Positions 17,171 to 31,417 of a DNA stretch of 64,000 nt are shown in pieces. The position numbers and the translations under genes were made by a program. The notes beneath the pieces are model-generated. The model made no database searches. It was not told where the DNA came from and worked only from the letters and a program-made list of their open reading frames with translations. This stretch comes from the human T2T-CHM13v2.0 reference genome, Homo sapiens. Numbering within the stretch: position 1 is the first letter of the stretch; each line of letters opens with the position of its first letter. Location: assembly GCF_009914755.1 (NCBI RefSeq), contig NC_060926.1. One strand, given 5' to 3'.

Positions 17171-18051
17171 GAGGAGCTTTTGGAATTCAGCTATTAGGAA
17201 GTTACTGGTGCCCATGGAGGGAAGTGTTCCAGGCAAGTGGTGGTGTTAAAGGTAGAGAGAAGAGACATTAGCTCAGTGCTTCCCAAATAGGATAGCCAAG
17301 GCGCCAAGCTGCAGACTGATCTCAGGTGTGGCCCAGTGCCTCCCCCTCAGCTGGAACCCCAGACCAGACTCCTGCAGTTTCAAGCAGCCTCCTCCTTCTA
17401 TCCCGGTGTACCTTCCATATCTCAGTACCACCACGGGGAACCTCAAAGACTCGACAACCCATTTCAAAAGCCTGGCTATGGAAAGAAGAGGAAAGGGAGG
17501 AGCCGCAAGTTTGGGAGAAAGTGTATTTGGGATGCTGGAGTGGGAGCCTGTTTGTAGGAGCCATAGGGCAGGCTTGAAGATGAATGGGAAAGAAGATGAG
17601 AGGAAGAGGAGGTGAGACTGAGAGCTTCAAAAGCAGGTAGGCTTCTTACTTCATCCGTGGAGGGTGCTGTATAGTAGGTGTCCCCCCAGCTTTAAAGACG
17701 AGCCCAAGACTTGAAGATGAGGTTGTAGGGGAATGCAGAGGTGAGTTGGCAGAAATGGATAGTGTGCATTGGAGGACCAGATGGCTTCTTGGTATTCTCA
17801 GGAAAACCAAGGGCAAGTTGGCTAGAGTGGGGGCCTTGGAATTTTGTTGGCAGTAGGGAGACTGCAGGAACTTCCTCTCCATCCTCTCATAAAGCCCAAA
17901 ATGTTGGGAACCTTTTAGCTACATGTTAGATAATGAAATGTTTGTGTATTGATTGAAAGGAAGACATGGCACACCTGGGAAATTTTCCCTCCTTTTATTA
18001 TCTGGAGCTGGCTGATGTTGAAGAGGGATAGAGCATCAAAATACGCTTTGT

Positions 18052-18339
18052 GTCCTGGTGTGGTGGCTCATGCCTGTAATCCCAACACTTTGGGAGGCCA
18101 AGGCGGGCAGATTGCTTGAGCTCACGAGTTCGAGAGCAGCCTGGGCAATATGGCGAAACCCCATTGCTACAAAACATACACAAACTTAGCTGGGCATGGT
18201 GGTGGGCACCAGCTTCTTGGAAGGCTGAGGTGGGAGGATCACTTGAGCCTGGGCATGGAGGTTGTAGTGAGCCATGATCACGCCACTGCACTCCAGCCTG
18301 AATGACAGAGTGAGACCCTGTTTCCAAAAAAAAAAAAAA
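18052..18339 (+). mobile_element. AluJ
   Basis: Dimer with A tail followed by microsatellite. Confidence 0.88.
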
Positions 18340-18416
18340 TGTGTGTGTGTGTGTGTGTGTGTGTGTTGTGTGTATATATATAATATATATATATATATAC
18401 ACACACACACAACACA
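18340..18416. repeat. Compound (TG)n(TA)n(CA)n microsatellite
   Basis: Direct reading. Confidence 0.95.
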
Positions 18417-19439
18417 GACACAATTTGTGTGTAGCTAGGGGCAGATATTGAGATATTGAAGTGATAAGTAACTGGGGATGGGGAAGTACTGGTCACTTAA
18501 GAGCATATAGAAAACCGTCCCAGATTGTCTTTTCTAATCTATTTTTGGAGGAGGTTTTTATATATCCCATGTTTTATATTATTTCTCCCAAACCGGATTA
18601 GATATAGTGAACAATAAAATAAATGCAGTTTCCAAAACCTTGGTGTTCAGAAATGAAGGGAACCATGAGGGGAGTGAAGGGGACTTGCCCTTTGCTCTGT
18701 GCTGTATGCACTGCCCAGGGAACAGCCCCAGGACACTTCTATAGTTTCTTTCTGAGACTCACAAGGTGTTAGCAATGCTCTGAGCTCACTCAATTGACAG
18801 ATACGTTTAAGGTTCTCAAATAAATTTCAAACTTCTAAATTTTTCCTTTTCATTGTGTGCATAATGTACAGATTAGGAAAATGATCTTCTAATTGAGAAG
18901 TATACTTCAAAGTTTGGAAATAAAATCATAAAAATGTTTTCCTAAACATAGCCTTTTTCAGGAGTTTTTGTGGATATGGTCAAAGGCAATAGCTCTAATT
19001 ATCTGGGGTCCTCAGGACAGGAAATGAGCTCACACTCATGCTCTCAAACTGTGTCACAGCATTTTTGGAAATATTTTCATTTCTATTCAAGAGGAGGAAC
19101 AAGGCCCCAAGTGTTCACCCTAATTGTAGAAAATAAACATAAACATGAAATTCACAAAAGAACAACTATAAATGGCTGCAAATATGTGAAACTATGTTTA
19201 ACTTCCCAGGGAGTCAAAAAATACTAATTAATACAAGAATCATCTTTGGCCCACCACATTATGATTTTGTCTGAATAAGCCTCTTCAATGCTGGCAAATA
19301 TGAGGTAAAATGGCTGCTCCGGCTGCTCTTTTTGGCTGGTCTTAAGGGGCGCAAATAGCTCCACCCCATTTGGAAAGCACTTGGCAATGGCTGCTAAGAC
19401 TTTAGTGTTTTTCATAGCTTCTAACCTGCTAAGAAGTAG

Positions 19440-19580
19440 ATACTTGTTCCCATTTTGCTGCTGTGCAAACAGACTTGTAGAGGTCAAGTATCTCGTACAA
19501 GGTTACATTGATGGTGATTGATGGCGCCAAGATTTGAACTTGGTTGTGAGTCCAAAGTCTAGGTCTCCCATTCTACCCAT
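19440..19580 (-). mobile_element. MIR
   Basis: cccattttgc..agaggtcaagta..aaggttaca..gatttgaac core. Confidence 0.55.
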
Positions 19581-20199
19581 GTGATTTTACACACATGCCT
19601 GATATAATTAGCTCCTCCTCCTCTCCAGAGAAGGGCAGCTGACCTTTGTTTCCCAGTTCAGAAATCCTGGTGTGAGTTATCAGCTGGGGTTGAGGGTGGA
19701 TAGATTTGTTCCAACTTTACACATTGGACCTGAGAATGTACTTTCCTGAATAAACAGTTGTAGAAGCGAGTGACAGTTGTGGTTGAAGTTGTTCCCCCAG
19801 TGCAGTGCCCCAGAGGGGTTAATGACCTTTCGTGGGCTGTCCCAGGAACTTCATCCGAGGAAAAGGTGCTTACCTGCTAACATTTGACCTGTTTGGAAAT
19901 TGGGGATTGTTTTTCCTCATTGAAATTGGTGAGGGTTGGAAGAATACGCAAACGAATGTTTGGTGTGGAAGAACGCTGGAGGAGTAAACTTACTATACTC
20001 ACAATTTGGATTACAACATAGTTTGGTTAACCCAGCTCTGGTGAACCAAATGTACAAGTATTATTTCCTTATGGTTCATCTTATAAAATATTTTATAAAT
20101 TGGTTGCTTTCTTTAAGCTCTCCACAAATGAAAAATCAGTCCCAAAAATCTATAAAAGACTATTTCAGCGTTAATTGACCATTAAGGAAATACATACTA

Positions 20200-20556
<357 letters not shown>

Positions 20557-20606
20557 TTATTTTGGGAATTGCAGAGGGGATATTTGTCTTCTTTCCCATC
20601 CCCCTT

Positions 20607-20660
<54 letters not shown>

Positions 20661-20670
20661 TGTGTGTGTA
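20607..20670. repeat. (TC)n(TG)n microsatellite
   Basis: Direct reading. Confidence 0.95.
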
Positions 20671-20705
20671 TGTATGTTTAAGATGGTTAGAAATCATGAA
20701 ACTCC

Positions 20706-20986
20706 ACCGGGCACAGTGGCTCCCTCCTGTAATCCCAGCACTTTGGGAGGCCGAGGCGGGAGGATCACTTGAGGTCATGATTTCAAGACTAGCTTGGCCA
20801 CCATGGTGAAACCCCGTCTCTACTAAAAATACAAAAAATTAGCTGGGTGTGGTAGCACACACCTATAATCCCAGCTACTCGGGAGGCTGAGGCGGGAGAA
20901 TTGCTTGGACCCGGGAGGCAGAGGCTGCAGTGAGCCAAGACTGGGCAAAAAAGCGAGACTTTGTTTCAAAAAAAAAAAAAAAAGAA
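20706..20986 (+). mobile_element. AluS with small 3' deletion
   Basis: TSD agaaatcatga. Confidence 0.88.
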
Positions 20987-21746
20987 ATCATGACATTCCA
21001 TACTTTTTCTTTTACTTCCCAAATTACTTTCCAATAATAGCATGGTGGAAAGATTAACAAAGGGGGCTTATGATATGGTTGACAGAAGTTGGGAGGCTTT
21101 TGGGGTCCTACCTAAGCCATCCTAGAGACCTGGGTATTGCAAGGCACTAAATCTTAGATAAATATCTTAGACCTCATTAAAGTGAATGGGGCTATTATAT
21201 GTAGGAATGTCCATAGAGAATGTGTGGAGAAAGCAGAAAGGTGTAAGTTTGAGAGATGGCAACTGTGATTAAGGAACAGATGGATCTCATTGATAATGAG
21301 GAAGAAAAATGAAGTAGGAATGAGTGGTATGAAAAGCAGATCAATTTACAAGTCCAGATTTGTTGGCAGTAGTGCTTTCTGATGTTTGGGACTACACTCC
21401 CCTCTGTAAATTCCAAAAAAGGATATGTCAGGGTCATTAAACTCAGCCGGATTTGCAAGACATACCTTCTAGAGGTGGTTGGGTGTTAGTCCCTGAGATT
21501 CTTATCAAGGACCCTGCGGGAGTGTCCTCTAGCCCTCTGAGCTAGGTGGAACCATCCCGCCCACCCAACAGGTGAGGAGCACAAGCTCAGGGCAGTTGTT
21601 GACCTGCCCAAGGGCAAACAATTAGGAGTGATGGAAACAGGACTAGGGTCCAGCTGCACTCTACAGTGGTAAAGCTTCATCTTCTACCACTCAGGGAAGT
21701 ACACAGCCAGCAGTGCTCCGGAGATGATGCACATCTTTTTGCTATG

Positions 21747-21912
<166 letters not shown>

Positions 21913-22343
21913 TGAGATGATGCACCTTGAAATACTTCTTTATCTAAAACCTAACACCTGACTCATAATAAGCGATTCACTTGTTGATTGTTGACAACAT
22001 GAATATTTAAACATCAATATTAAAAAATAGCCCCATAAGCACCTTTAGTGTTCCAGGGCACTATATCACGCTGTTCTAACTCTTCCTACACTGAATTCTT
22101 GTGCATCTGATATTATCACCTCGATTTTATCCTTGAGGAAGCCAAGACTTTGACAGTAAACCAGAGGCCCAGAGTCACCTCCCCAGAAGGTGATAGAGCC
22201 AGCATTCCAGCTGTGGGGGATTCTGGTTCCACTGGGCTGCAATTTCCCTCCACTGAAAATTGAGAGCCAAATTGACGTGACAATGCATGAAAATGCCATT
22301 TGGGGCAAGATTCAAAGAAATGGTGTGTAGAAGTAAAAGATGA

Positions 22344-22752
<409 letters not shown>

Positions 22753-23743
22753 TGACGTAGAATCAGAGCCTTAATAGCTGGTTGATTTACAGTCTCAGAG
22801 GTGGTGTTAATTGCTATCTTAATCTTTCTTTGCTTTTCTGCACTGTGCAGCTCTATTGATTCTGTTTTTCCCAATCTCCAAATTCCCTTGTGTTTTTCTT
22901 ATGATATTTTGAGGTGGTACACTTGGTTCCTTAAATATCATAGGTGAGATGTTAACAGTTCTAGGTGGAGATACACGGGCAATCAATCTATTCACCCAAC
23001 TTCTCTGTATGTTTGGAAAAGTTCGGAATTAAAAACCCAGGATAAACTAAGGCCTATTTCTTCAGCCACATTCAAAGTCCCTGTAGTCTCACATCTGGAA
23101 ACCCTGCAGTCTGCCTAGGCCGTGTCCTCCACCTCAGGCCAAGGTTGCAGCAGGTCCTTATTCTCTTGTCCATGATGAAGCTTTTCGTGGGGGGTCCGGG
23201 TAGCAAAATACTCTCACCCTGTCCTCACTCTGTGGAATCTTCCATACAACCCGAACTAGGGATTGCTTGTGTGTCCCCCTCCCACCTGTCACTCTTTCCC
23301 CACCCCTCCCCACGTGATGCTGTGGGAACCCAAACCCCAGCACCTCCTAGATGAGGGCAGTGGTAGGGCGCTAGGTGGAGATGGGGAGAGGAGGAAAGAC
23401 AGGGAGGGGACTCCTGGCTCTTGGGGTCCAAGGGGATTCCAGAGAAAGTGAGGGAGGGGAGCCCCAGTCCCAGAGATTGAGGAGGACAGGATCTTGGTGG
23501 TCCCAGCTGGGCCAGGGGCCCCAGGACCCTAGCATTAAGGTGTAGCCCCTGTGCCACTTGTGGATGAAGCTGCCCTTGGGGATCCACTCACTGGCAGACG
23601 TGGTGGTGTCTGGGTGTTAAATCTATACACCATATGTAATAATGGTGGGCATCTGTTTGGTGCCTTAGTTTGTTGCCTCGCTCATACTCCTGACCAGCCC
23701 CACATCCTCGTGCATGTGTGGGTGTAACTTTACATTGGATATA

Positions 23744-23841
23744 CAGATGCGACTGGACTTTAAATGGGCTTACATCTGGATAAACCCATCGTAAAGTCAA
23801 AAAAATATTAAGTTGGACCATCATAGGTTAGGGACTGTCTG
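23744..23841 (+). mobile_element. Short Tigger MITE (MER47-like)
   Basis: cagatgc..gataaacccatcgtaaagtc..gggactgtctg flanked by TA. Confidence 0.75.
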
Positions 23842-24669
23842 TAGTTTTTACTTATTAATTATGTTATTGACTTAAACTATGTTCTGGGTGGGATGCATAG
23901 AGGAGAGTTACCATGGGAGGGTAAGAGTATAGTAGGAGTATTAGAGTGCATGAGCTGAAAACACTTTGCTTTCTACTTTACAACATAAGCTTTTTTTGTT
24001 ATAAAATCCTTGTTAGGGAGAGTGAGACGCTGGTGCTGAAGCTTTGGAGTGGAAAATGGGTCATCTTCACAAGGGTGTTCCCAGATGATGCAAAGGAGAG
24101 TTAATGCAGGAAGGGGCTGGGATGGGGAGAGTCTGTGGAGTCTGAGACAGCCCTTTAATAAGCAGTTCCTTGGACCTTGCATGGAAAGAGAGGAGAGGAA
24201 CTTGTGTGGAAAGAAAGAAGCCCAAGGCTTGAGGGATGGAGAATATTCTACTAACAGGCCACCCCTTGTCCCTCCAGGTGGCAGTGTGTCTAGGGGGGTC
24301 TGGAACTTGGGTTTTGACCAGGGTTTGCAGAGCACTGAATCCCAGCCGCGTCATGAGTTGGCTGTGTCCCTATGCCCCAGGGCCCCCCTCAGGGAGAATG
24401 GGGATAATGATAGTCATAATGATAAATGGGGACAGATAATGCTTTGAGAAGCACTGAAGTAACATTTTGTCTGAATGGACTGTGTTTTAAAATCAGGAGT
24501 TGTTCGAGGCTGAAATGAAATATCAGCATCATAGAATCTCCAGGATATAAAAAGAAATTAGAAATGTTACCAAAATAATATACAGTATTATCACAACTTT
24601 ATTAAGATGTTTAGTAGCCAAATATTTTAACCAGCATCTTAACAAGTGGATCTTTTCTTACAGTATTTA

Positions 24670-24977
24670 ATTTTTTTTTTTTTTTTTTTTGAGACGGAGT
24701 TTTGCTCTTTTGTCCGGGCTGAAGTGAAGTGGCGCGATCTTGGCTCACTGCAACCTCTGCCCCCCCAGGTTCAAGCGATTCTCTCTCCTGCCTCAGCCTC
24801 CTGAGTAGATGGAATTATAGGCGCCTGCCACCACACCCAGCTAATTTTTGTATTTTTAGTAGAGATGGGGTTTCACCATGTTGGCCAGGCTGGTCTTGAA
24901 CTCCTGACCTCAGGTGATCCACCCGCCTTGGCCTCCCAAAGTGCTAGGATTACAGGTGTCAGCCACCGCGCCCAGCC
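24670..24977 (-). mobile_element. AluS
   Basis: Full length. Confidence 0.92.
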
Positions 24978-25173
24978 CTTAAAATTTTTTTTATAGGAAA
25001 TGACTAAATGGAGTCAGGGGAGAGGCCAGAAATGCATAAACAAAAGCAATTAGTATTTAGTGCGGGTTTTGAATTTACATGGTTGTCAATTCCCTTTGCA
25101 AAAACTTAACAAATTACTTTAACATAATTGCCAGTTTGTGTGAGTTCTTGATCAAATAGCTATCAACAAGATA

Positions 25174-25257
25174 ATGTGCATATATATGTGTGTATATGTG
25201 TATATATGTATATACACATATACACATATGTGTGTATATGTGTATACACACACACAC
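25174..25257. repeat. Alternating purine-pyrimidine (TA/TG/CA) tract
   Basis: About 84 bp of uninterrupted RY alternation. Confidence 0.9.
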
Positions 25258-25432
25258 TAACTTTATAAATAAGTTGAAATTTATATGTAGGATATATGTA
25301 AGCAGTATAGTATATAAATATAAATTACATTTTAACTTTTAATTTTATAATAATTTCAGTCACAGAAAATATACAAAAATAGCACAAATAATTCCCTTGT
25401 ACTTTCCCCTAAATTTGCCTTCTTTCTGTAAC

Positions 25433-25722
25433 TTTTTTTTTTGAGATAGAGTCTGGCTGCAACGCCCAGGCTGGAGTCAGTGGCGCCATCTCAGCTCACT
25501 GCAGCCTCCGCCTCCCGGGTTCACGCCATTCTCCCACCTCAGCCTCCCAAGTAGCTGTGATTACAGGCACCTGTCATTACACCTGGCTAATTTTTGTGTT
25601 TTTAGTAGAGACAGGGTTTCACTATGTTGGCCAGGCTGGTCTCAAACTCCTGACCTCAAGTGATCTGCCTGCCTCAGCCTCCCAAAGTGCTGGGATTACA
25701 GGCGTGAGCCACCGCGCCCGGC
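25433..25722 (-). mobile_element. AluS
   Basis: TSD tctgtaactttttt. Confidence 0.9.
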
Positions 25723-26135
25723 TCTGTAACTTTTTTCTGAGCCATCTGCAAGTAAGTTGCAGGCGTAATGTCCCTTTACTTAAGGGGGCATAATTTGTTA
25801 GATTGCATCTCTGATACTATAGAGCATATTTGTGACTCTAAATAAGATGAAGGGACAAGATACGTTCTAAAAACAAGGACATTCGCCAAAGTGTAATTAC
25901 TGAAATCGGGAAATTAACATAGAGACAGTACAATTGTCTCATCTATGGAACTTATTAAGATTTTGCCAGTTGTCTTACTGATAGATGTCTTTTGTAGAAG
26001 AGGAAAACATTTTTACTTTTATTTATTCATTTTTTTTGGCTTTAGGATGAGTTCAACATCACATCTTATGCTTAATTGTCTCTTAGTCTCCTTTAGTCTG
26101 GAAGTTCTTCGGCCTGTCTCTCATGTTCTTGACTC

Positions 26136-26430
<295 letters not shown>

Positions 26431-27547
26431 ATGTTCTTGACTCTTTAAAGATTACAGGCCATTTATTTTGCAGAAGAACCTTGACTTTTTTTTTTTTTTC
26501 TGGTGTTTCTTCATGAGTAGCTTTAGGTTGTACATTTTGGGCAGGAAAGATAGGGTGTTCTTATTGTATCTCCTCAGGAACGTTATCTATTTTTCCCATT
26601 ATAGGTGATACTAATTTTGTTTTCTTGGTTAAAATCATGTGTTCCAGCTTTCTCCAAGAAAGTTACTACTTTTCTTCTTTGTAATTAATCAGTACTTTAT
26701 GGGACATACTTTGAGACTATGTAAATATCCCATTTCTCATCAAACCTTTACCCAATGGTTTTAGTGGCCATTGATGATTCTTGCCAGAAACAATTTCCAC
26801 TGTGACAGTTGCCAAATTGATGATCAGTTTTTAAAAATTGACAGTGTAGGGCAGGAGCAATAATTTTTTCAGTTGCTAGATTGTTTCTGTGACACTATAG
26901 AACATATTTGTGCATACTAAATAAGGTGAAAGTATGAGATATCTTGGGGTCTCTCATTTTTAAAAAATAACAGGTTTATTTTCTCTGAAGCTTTTATAGT
27001 CTTTATTATGTCTGGATCAAAGATGATTTATCAAGAAACTATACTGCAAGATTTTGGAGTTTTTTCCTTACGAAATGTTGAGATAGCAAAGTTGACATTC
27101 TGCTCAGCATTTTTCATAGGATGTGAGTAACTTCCTAATTAGGTTTTTATCTTGATGACTCCTGTGGAGTTTTTCACAGTCTGGATTTTGCTAAGTGCAA
27201 CCTCATGATATCTTTTAACATGTTGCTCTATCCACTGAAGTTCTTGAAAATTATTAGATTTAGATTTTTGGTCAAGATTCAGAGTGTTTCTCTCTCTCTC
27301 CCATTCCCTCTCTCCTTTTTTAACTTATTTTTGCAAGACTGCTTCATATAATAGATGTTGTTTTCCATCAGAGATACTGATTATCTCTCTGTGATGTCAG
27401 CAGCTACTAATTATCAGCACCCACATCCTTTACCTCATTTGCAGTTTCAAAATGGTGATAGTCTATTTGTATCATTCCCTTGTCTATCAGTTATAATATT
27501 TTTAAAAAGAGAAACTACCCCTCACCAACTCTTTAGTTACCTCAGAT

Positions 27548-27776
27548 CAGAGGTCAGCAAACTAGAGTCTACAGGCTGAGACCAGTTTGCCACTTACTTT
27601 GATAAATAAAGTTTTATTAGAACACAGCTATATTCATGCATTTGCATATTGTTTAGGGCAGCTTTGGGGCACTACAAGGTGCCCAGTTAATTAGCTGTGA
27701 TTGAAGCCATATGTGGCCCACCGAGCTGGAAAGATTTTCTGTCAGGCCCTTTGCAGTAAAAATTTGCTGACCCTTG
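27548..27776 (-). mobile_element. MER58A (hAT-Charlie MITE)
   Basis: cagaggtcagcaaact..aataaagttttatt..gaacacagc..tttgctgacccttg terminal inverted repeats. Confidence 0.85.
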
Positions 27777-28336
27777 TTTTAGATCATATGGGGAAAGCAA
27801 TTTAAATGCCTCATTCTTTCCCTTTATATACCAGTTTCCTCCTGGTTTCATGGCACCCTGTAAAGGTGACCAATGAAGCTTAAAATATTATGAAATAGAT
27901 TTAAACCTACTTAATGTCTTTCAATCCATTTGCAATTATTATCCTTATTGATACCCAAACTGTCCCATCTTTAGCCAGGGGGAGCCTCTTCAGGCTGGCT
28001 TCTGAGTCCTTGTGACACAATCCTGGTGGTCTTGGATGCTTCTCTGCTTACTGGTCTGGCAGGATACTCCAGCACACCTTGTACATTTCTTGTCCCAGGC
28101 CAGGAGCTGGCCATTTCTAGAAGAAGCTCTGTCTTCTTTTAGTGGAGAATGTTACTTACAGACCACTGTCTGAACCCTAGGGTTGCATATATAGCTACTA
28201 AAGGTTATTGTGTTTAATGTTATGAGTGCACTAAGCAGTTCTGTAGCGACTAGAGGTAGAATATAATATGCCTATTGTAATTTTAAAACAATAAGCATTT
28301 ATTTGCTCTAAAAGGATATACCATTCTCTCTCTCTC

Positions 28337-28634
28337 TTTTTTTTTTTTTTTGAGACAGAGTCTCACTCTGTCACCGAGGCTGGAGTGCAGGGGCGCGATC
28401 TTGGCTCACTGCAACCCCAGCCTCCCAAGTTCAAGCAATTCTCCTGCCTCAGCCTCCCAAGTAGCTGAGATTACAGGCACGTGCCACCATGCCCGGCTAA
28501 TTTTCGTAGTTTTAGTAGAGACAGGGTTTCACCATGTTGGCCAGGCTGGTCTTAAACTCTAGACCTCGGGTTATCTGCCCATCTCGGCCTCCCAAAGTGC
28601 TGGGATTACAGGTGTGAGCCACCACGTCCAGCCT
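28337..28634 (-). mobile_element. AluS
   Basis: Full length. Confidence 0.9.
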
Positions 28635-29094
28635 AGTCTCTTTTTTTAAATGTACTCTTAATATTGGTGATTCTGTTCATCAATCCCCCTACTTAATAGT
28701 TGTATAATTTTACATGATAATTGCTTTCTACATAAAATTAATATTTTTCATGCTTATATTTTACTCTTTCAACAAAAAATAAGCATATATATATTTCTAC
28801 CAACTGATACATTTCAAGAGATAAGGGTCACAAGGAGATTTTCACTCAAGTTGCACGTGGAATGTTTACCTGTTTTTGAAAGGGCATGCTCAGATAATGA
28901 CAGCAGATTTGAACAATGCTTCGTTTCCTTAGTTCTCACATTGCTACATGGATGGGATATGTTGGTCACCTATGTGATTACATCATCATCAATCAGGCAG
29001 AAGTTCAGTCCTTCTGAAGATTCATGCTAAAGCTGGATAACAGATTTCCATTGACTAGTATAGGCTGAAGCCATACTTTGATGTATTCCCAGGA

Positions 29095-29538
<444 letters not shown>

Positions 29539-30722
29539 TAGCCTCTATAAAATTTAATCTCTACACTGCACTATTCCTAGGACACTAACTTATGTTTAAT
29601 TTTGGATTGCTAGTTTTCTAGAATACATATTCTTAAGTATGTTGGCTGTCATATTTCTCTTTTGATGATCATTGTCGCTAACACCATTCTTTGCACACAA
29701 AGTCTGCCTTCTTTCTGCATATGTGTGAATATCTGTTACTGTTGATTTACATTTCCCTCTTTTTTATGCACAGTATGTAATAAAATAAACAGCAAAAGCT
29801 GTCTTCCTCTTAGACATTTTAGGTTAACAAGGGAAATCATTGTTCACTTCGGGTATCTTTCCATGTGTAATTTTTGATAAGTTGATTACTGGTGGTTGTT
29901 CATTTTTATTTTGCTTTTTATGGAAGTTTTCTCAATTCGTCCCAGAATTGAGGCTGTACATCCTTTAAAAATAAATAAAGCCGAGGTCTGTGCTAGAGTT
30001 AGAACATTGAATCTGGCTCGCTGGTTTGTGCTATGGACTTTCCTTCATCTGTGTTACTGGGAGTATGTGAGCAGTTGTAGAGGCCATATCGTTTTATAGG
30101 CCTGTGCCAAGGAAAATACTTGAGAATTACATTAGCAACTCCAAGGTATTTTGGCTGCTCTGAGAGGACACATGATAGTTTTCCAGTTATACGAACAAGA
30201 GCTTTTGTTTTATACTGAAGTTTCTTATAGGCTATGAGAACAATAGTGCCTCTTTAAGTACTTCCCAGAGTAACATCCTTGGGATGTTATTAGGTAGAAC
30301 GTGCTGGGCTTCATTTCTGCAGGACTTCTCAGGCCTTTAACATGCCAGTGAATCTCACAGAAGGGAGTGTATTATGCAGGATTCCTTGGGTTTGTTTGAC
30401 CAAGGCTTTCCTTGTGTTTGGAATACTACCCCTCCACCTACTCCCCGTCACCCCATGCGTAAGTCTCACCTCATACTTCCCTGCCTCCCAGCCTTAGATG
30501 TGGTTTCCCTGCTGTAAGTTCTCAGCTCTCTGTACTTGAGCACATTTCACTGTCGGTAAATATGTGGCCTAATAATGATCTGATCCTCTGGATCTTAAAC
30601 TCACTGAAGAAGGCAGGCAGTGGATTTGTTTTGTTCCTTCCCTCCTGTGTTCTCAGCACCAGATATAAGGAAGGCCGTCAAACAAGTATTTGCCGTCCAA
30701 GTGAGTGAGGCACCCATAGAAC

Positions 30723-31012
30723 TTTTTTTTTTTTTGAGACAGTTTTGTTCTGTTGCTTAGGCCAGAGTGCGGTAGCACAATTTCAGCTCACTGCAACCTC
30801 TGCCTCCCGGGTTCAAGCAACTCTCCTGCCTCAGCCTTCTGAGTAGCTGGGACTACAGGTGCGTGCCACCATGCCTGGCTAATTTTTGTATTTTTAGTAA
30901 AGACGGGGTTTCACCATGTTGGCCAGGCTAGTCTCAAACTCCTGACCTTGTGATCCTCCTGCCCTGGCCTCCCAAAGTACTGGGATTACAGGTCTGAGGC
31001 ACCACACCCAGC
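30723..31012 (-). mobile_element. AluS
   Basis: Full length; agaac flanks. Confidence 0.88.
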
Positions 31013-31044
31013 AGAACATTTTTTCTCCAAGTAGCATCTCATGG

Positions 31045-31417
31045 TGAGAGGTGAAGCCAGCTGGACTTCCTTGGTCGAATGGGTACTTGGAGAACTTTTC
31101 TGTCTTACGAGAGGTTTGTAAAATGCACCAATCAGCACTCTGTAAAATGGACCAATCAGCACTCTGTAAAATGGACCAATCAGCAGGACATGGGCAGGGA
31201 CAAATAAGGGAATAAAAGCTGGCCACCCCAGCCAGCAGCAGCAGCAACGCTCTGTGGAAGCTTTGTTCTTTCGGTCTTCACAATAAATCTTGCTGCTGTT
31301 CACTCTTTGGGTCCGTGCCACCTTTAAGAGCTGTAACGCTCACTGTGAAGGTCCACAGCTTCATTCTTGAAGTCAGCGAGACCATGAACCCACTGGAAGG
31401 AACCAATTCTGGACACA
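31045..31417 (+). mobile_element. LTR12-family (ERV9) solo LTR, sense to TCF7L1
   Basis: tgagaggtgaagccagctgg start, 3x 24-bp accaatcagc repeats, AATAAAA TATA-like box at 31211, AATAAA at 31282, ends ggacaca; flanks atgg/gtgg. Confidence 0.92.

Noticed and set aside
31117-31184. 24-bp tandem repeats resembling a CRISPR-like array
   Set aside because: No spacers; this is the standard CCAAT repeat of LTR12 in a eukaryotic genome
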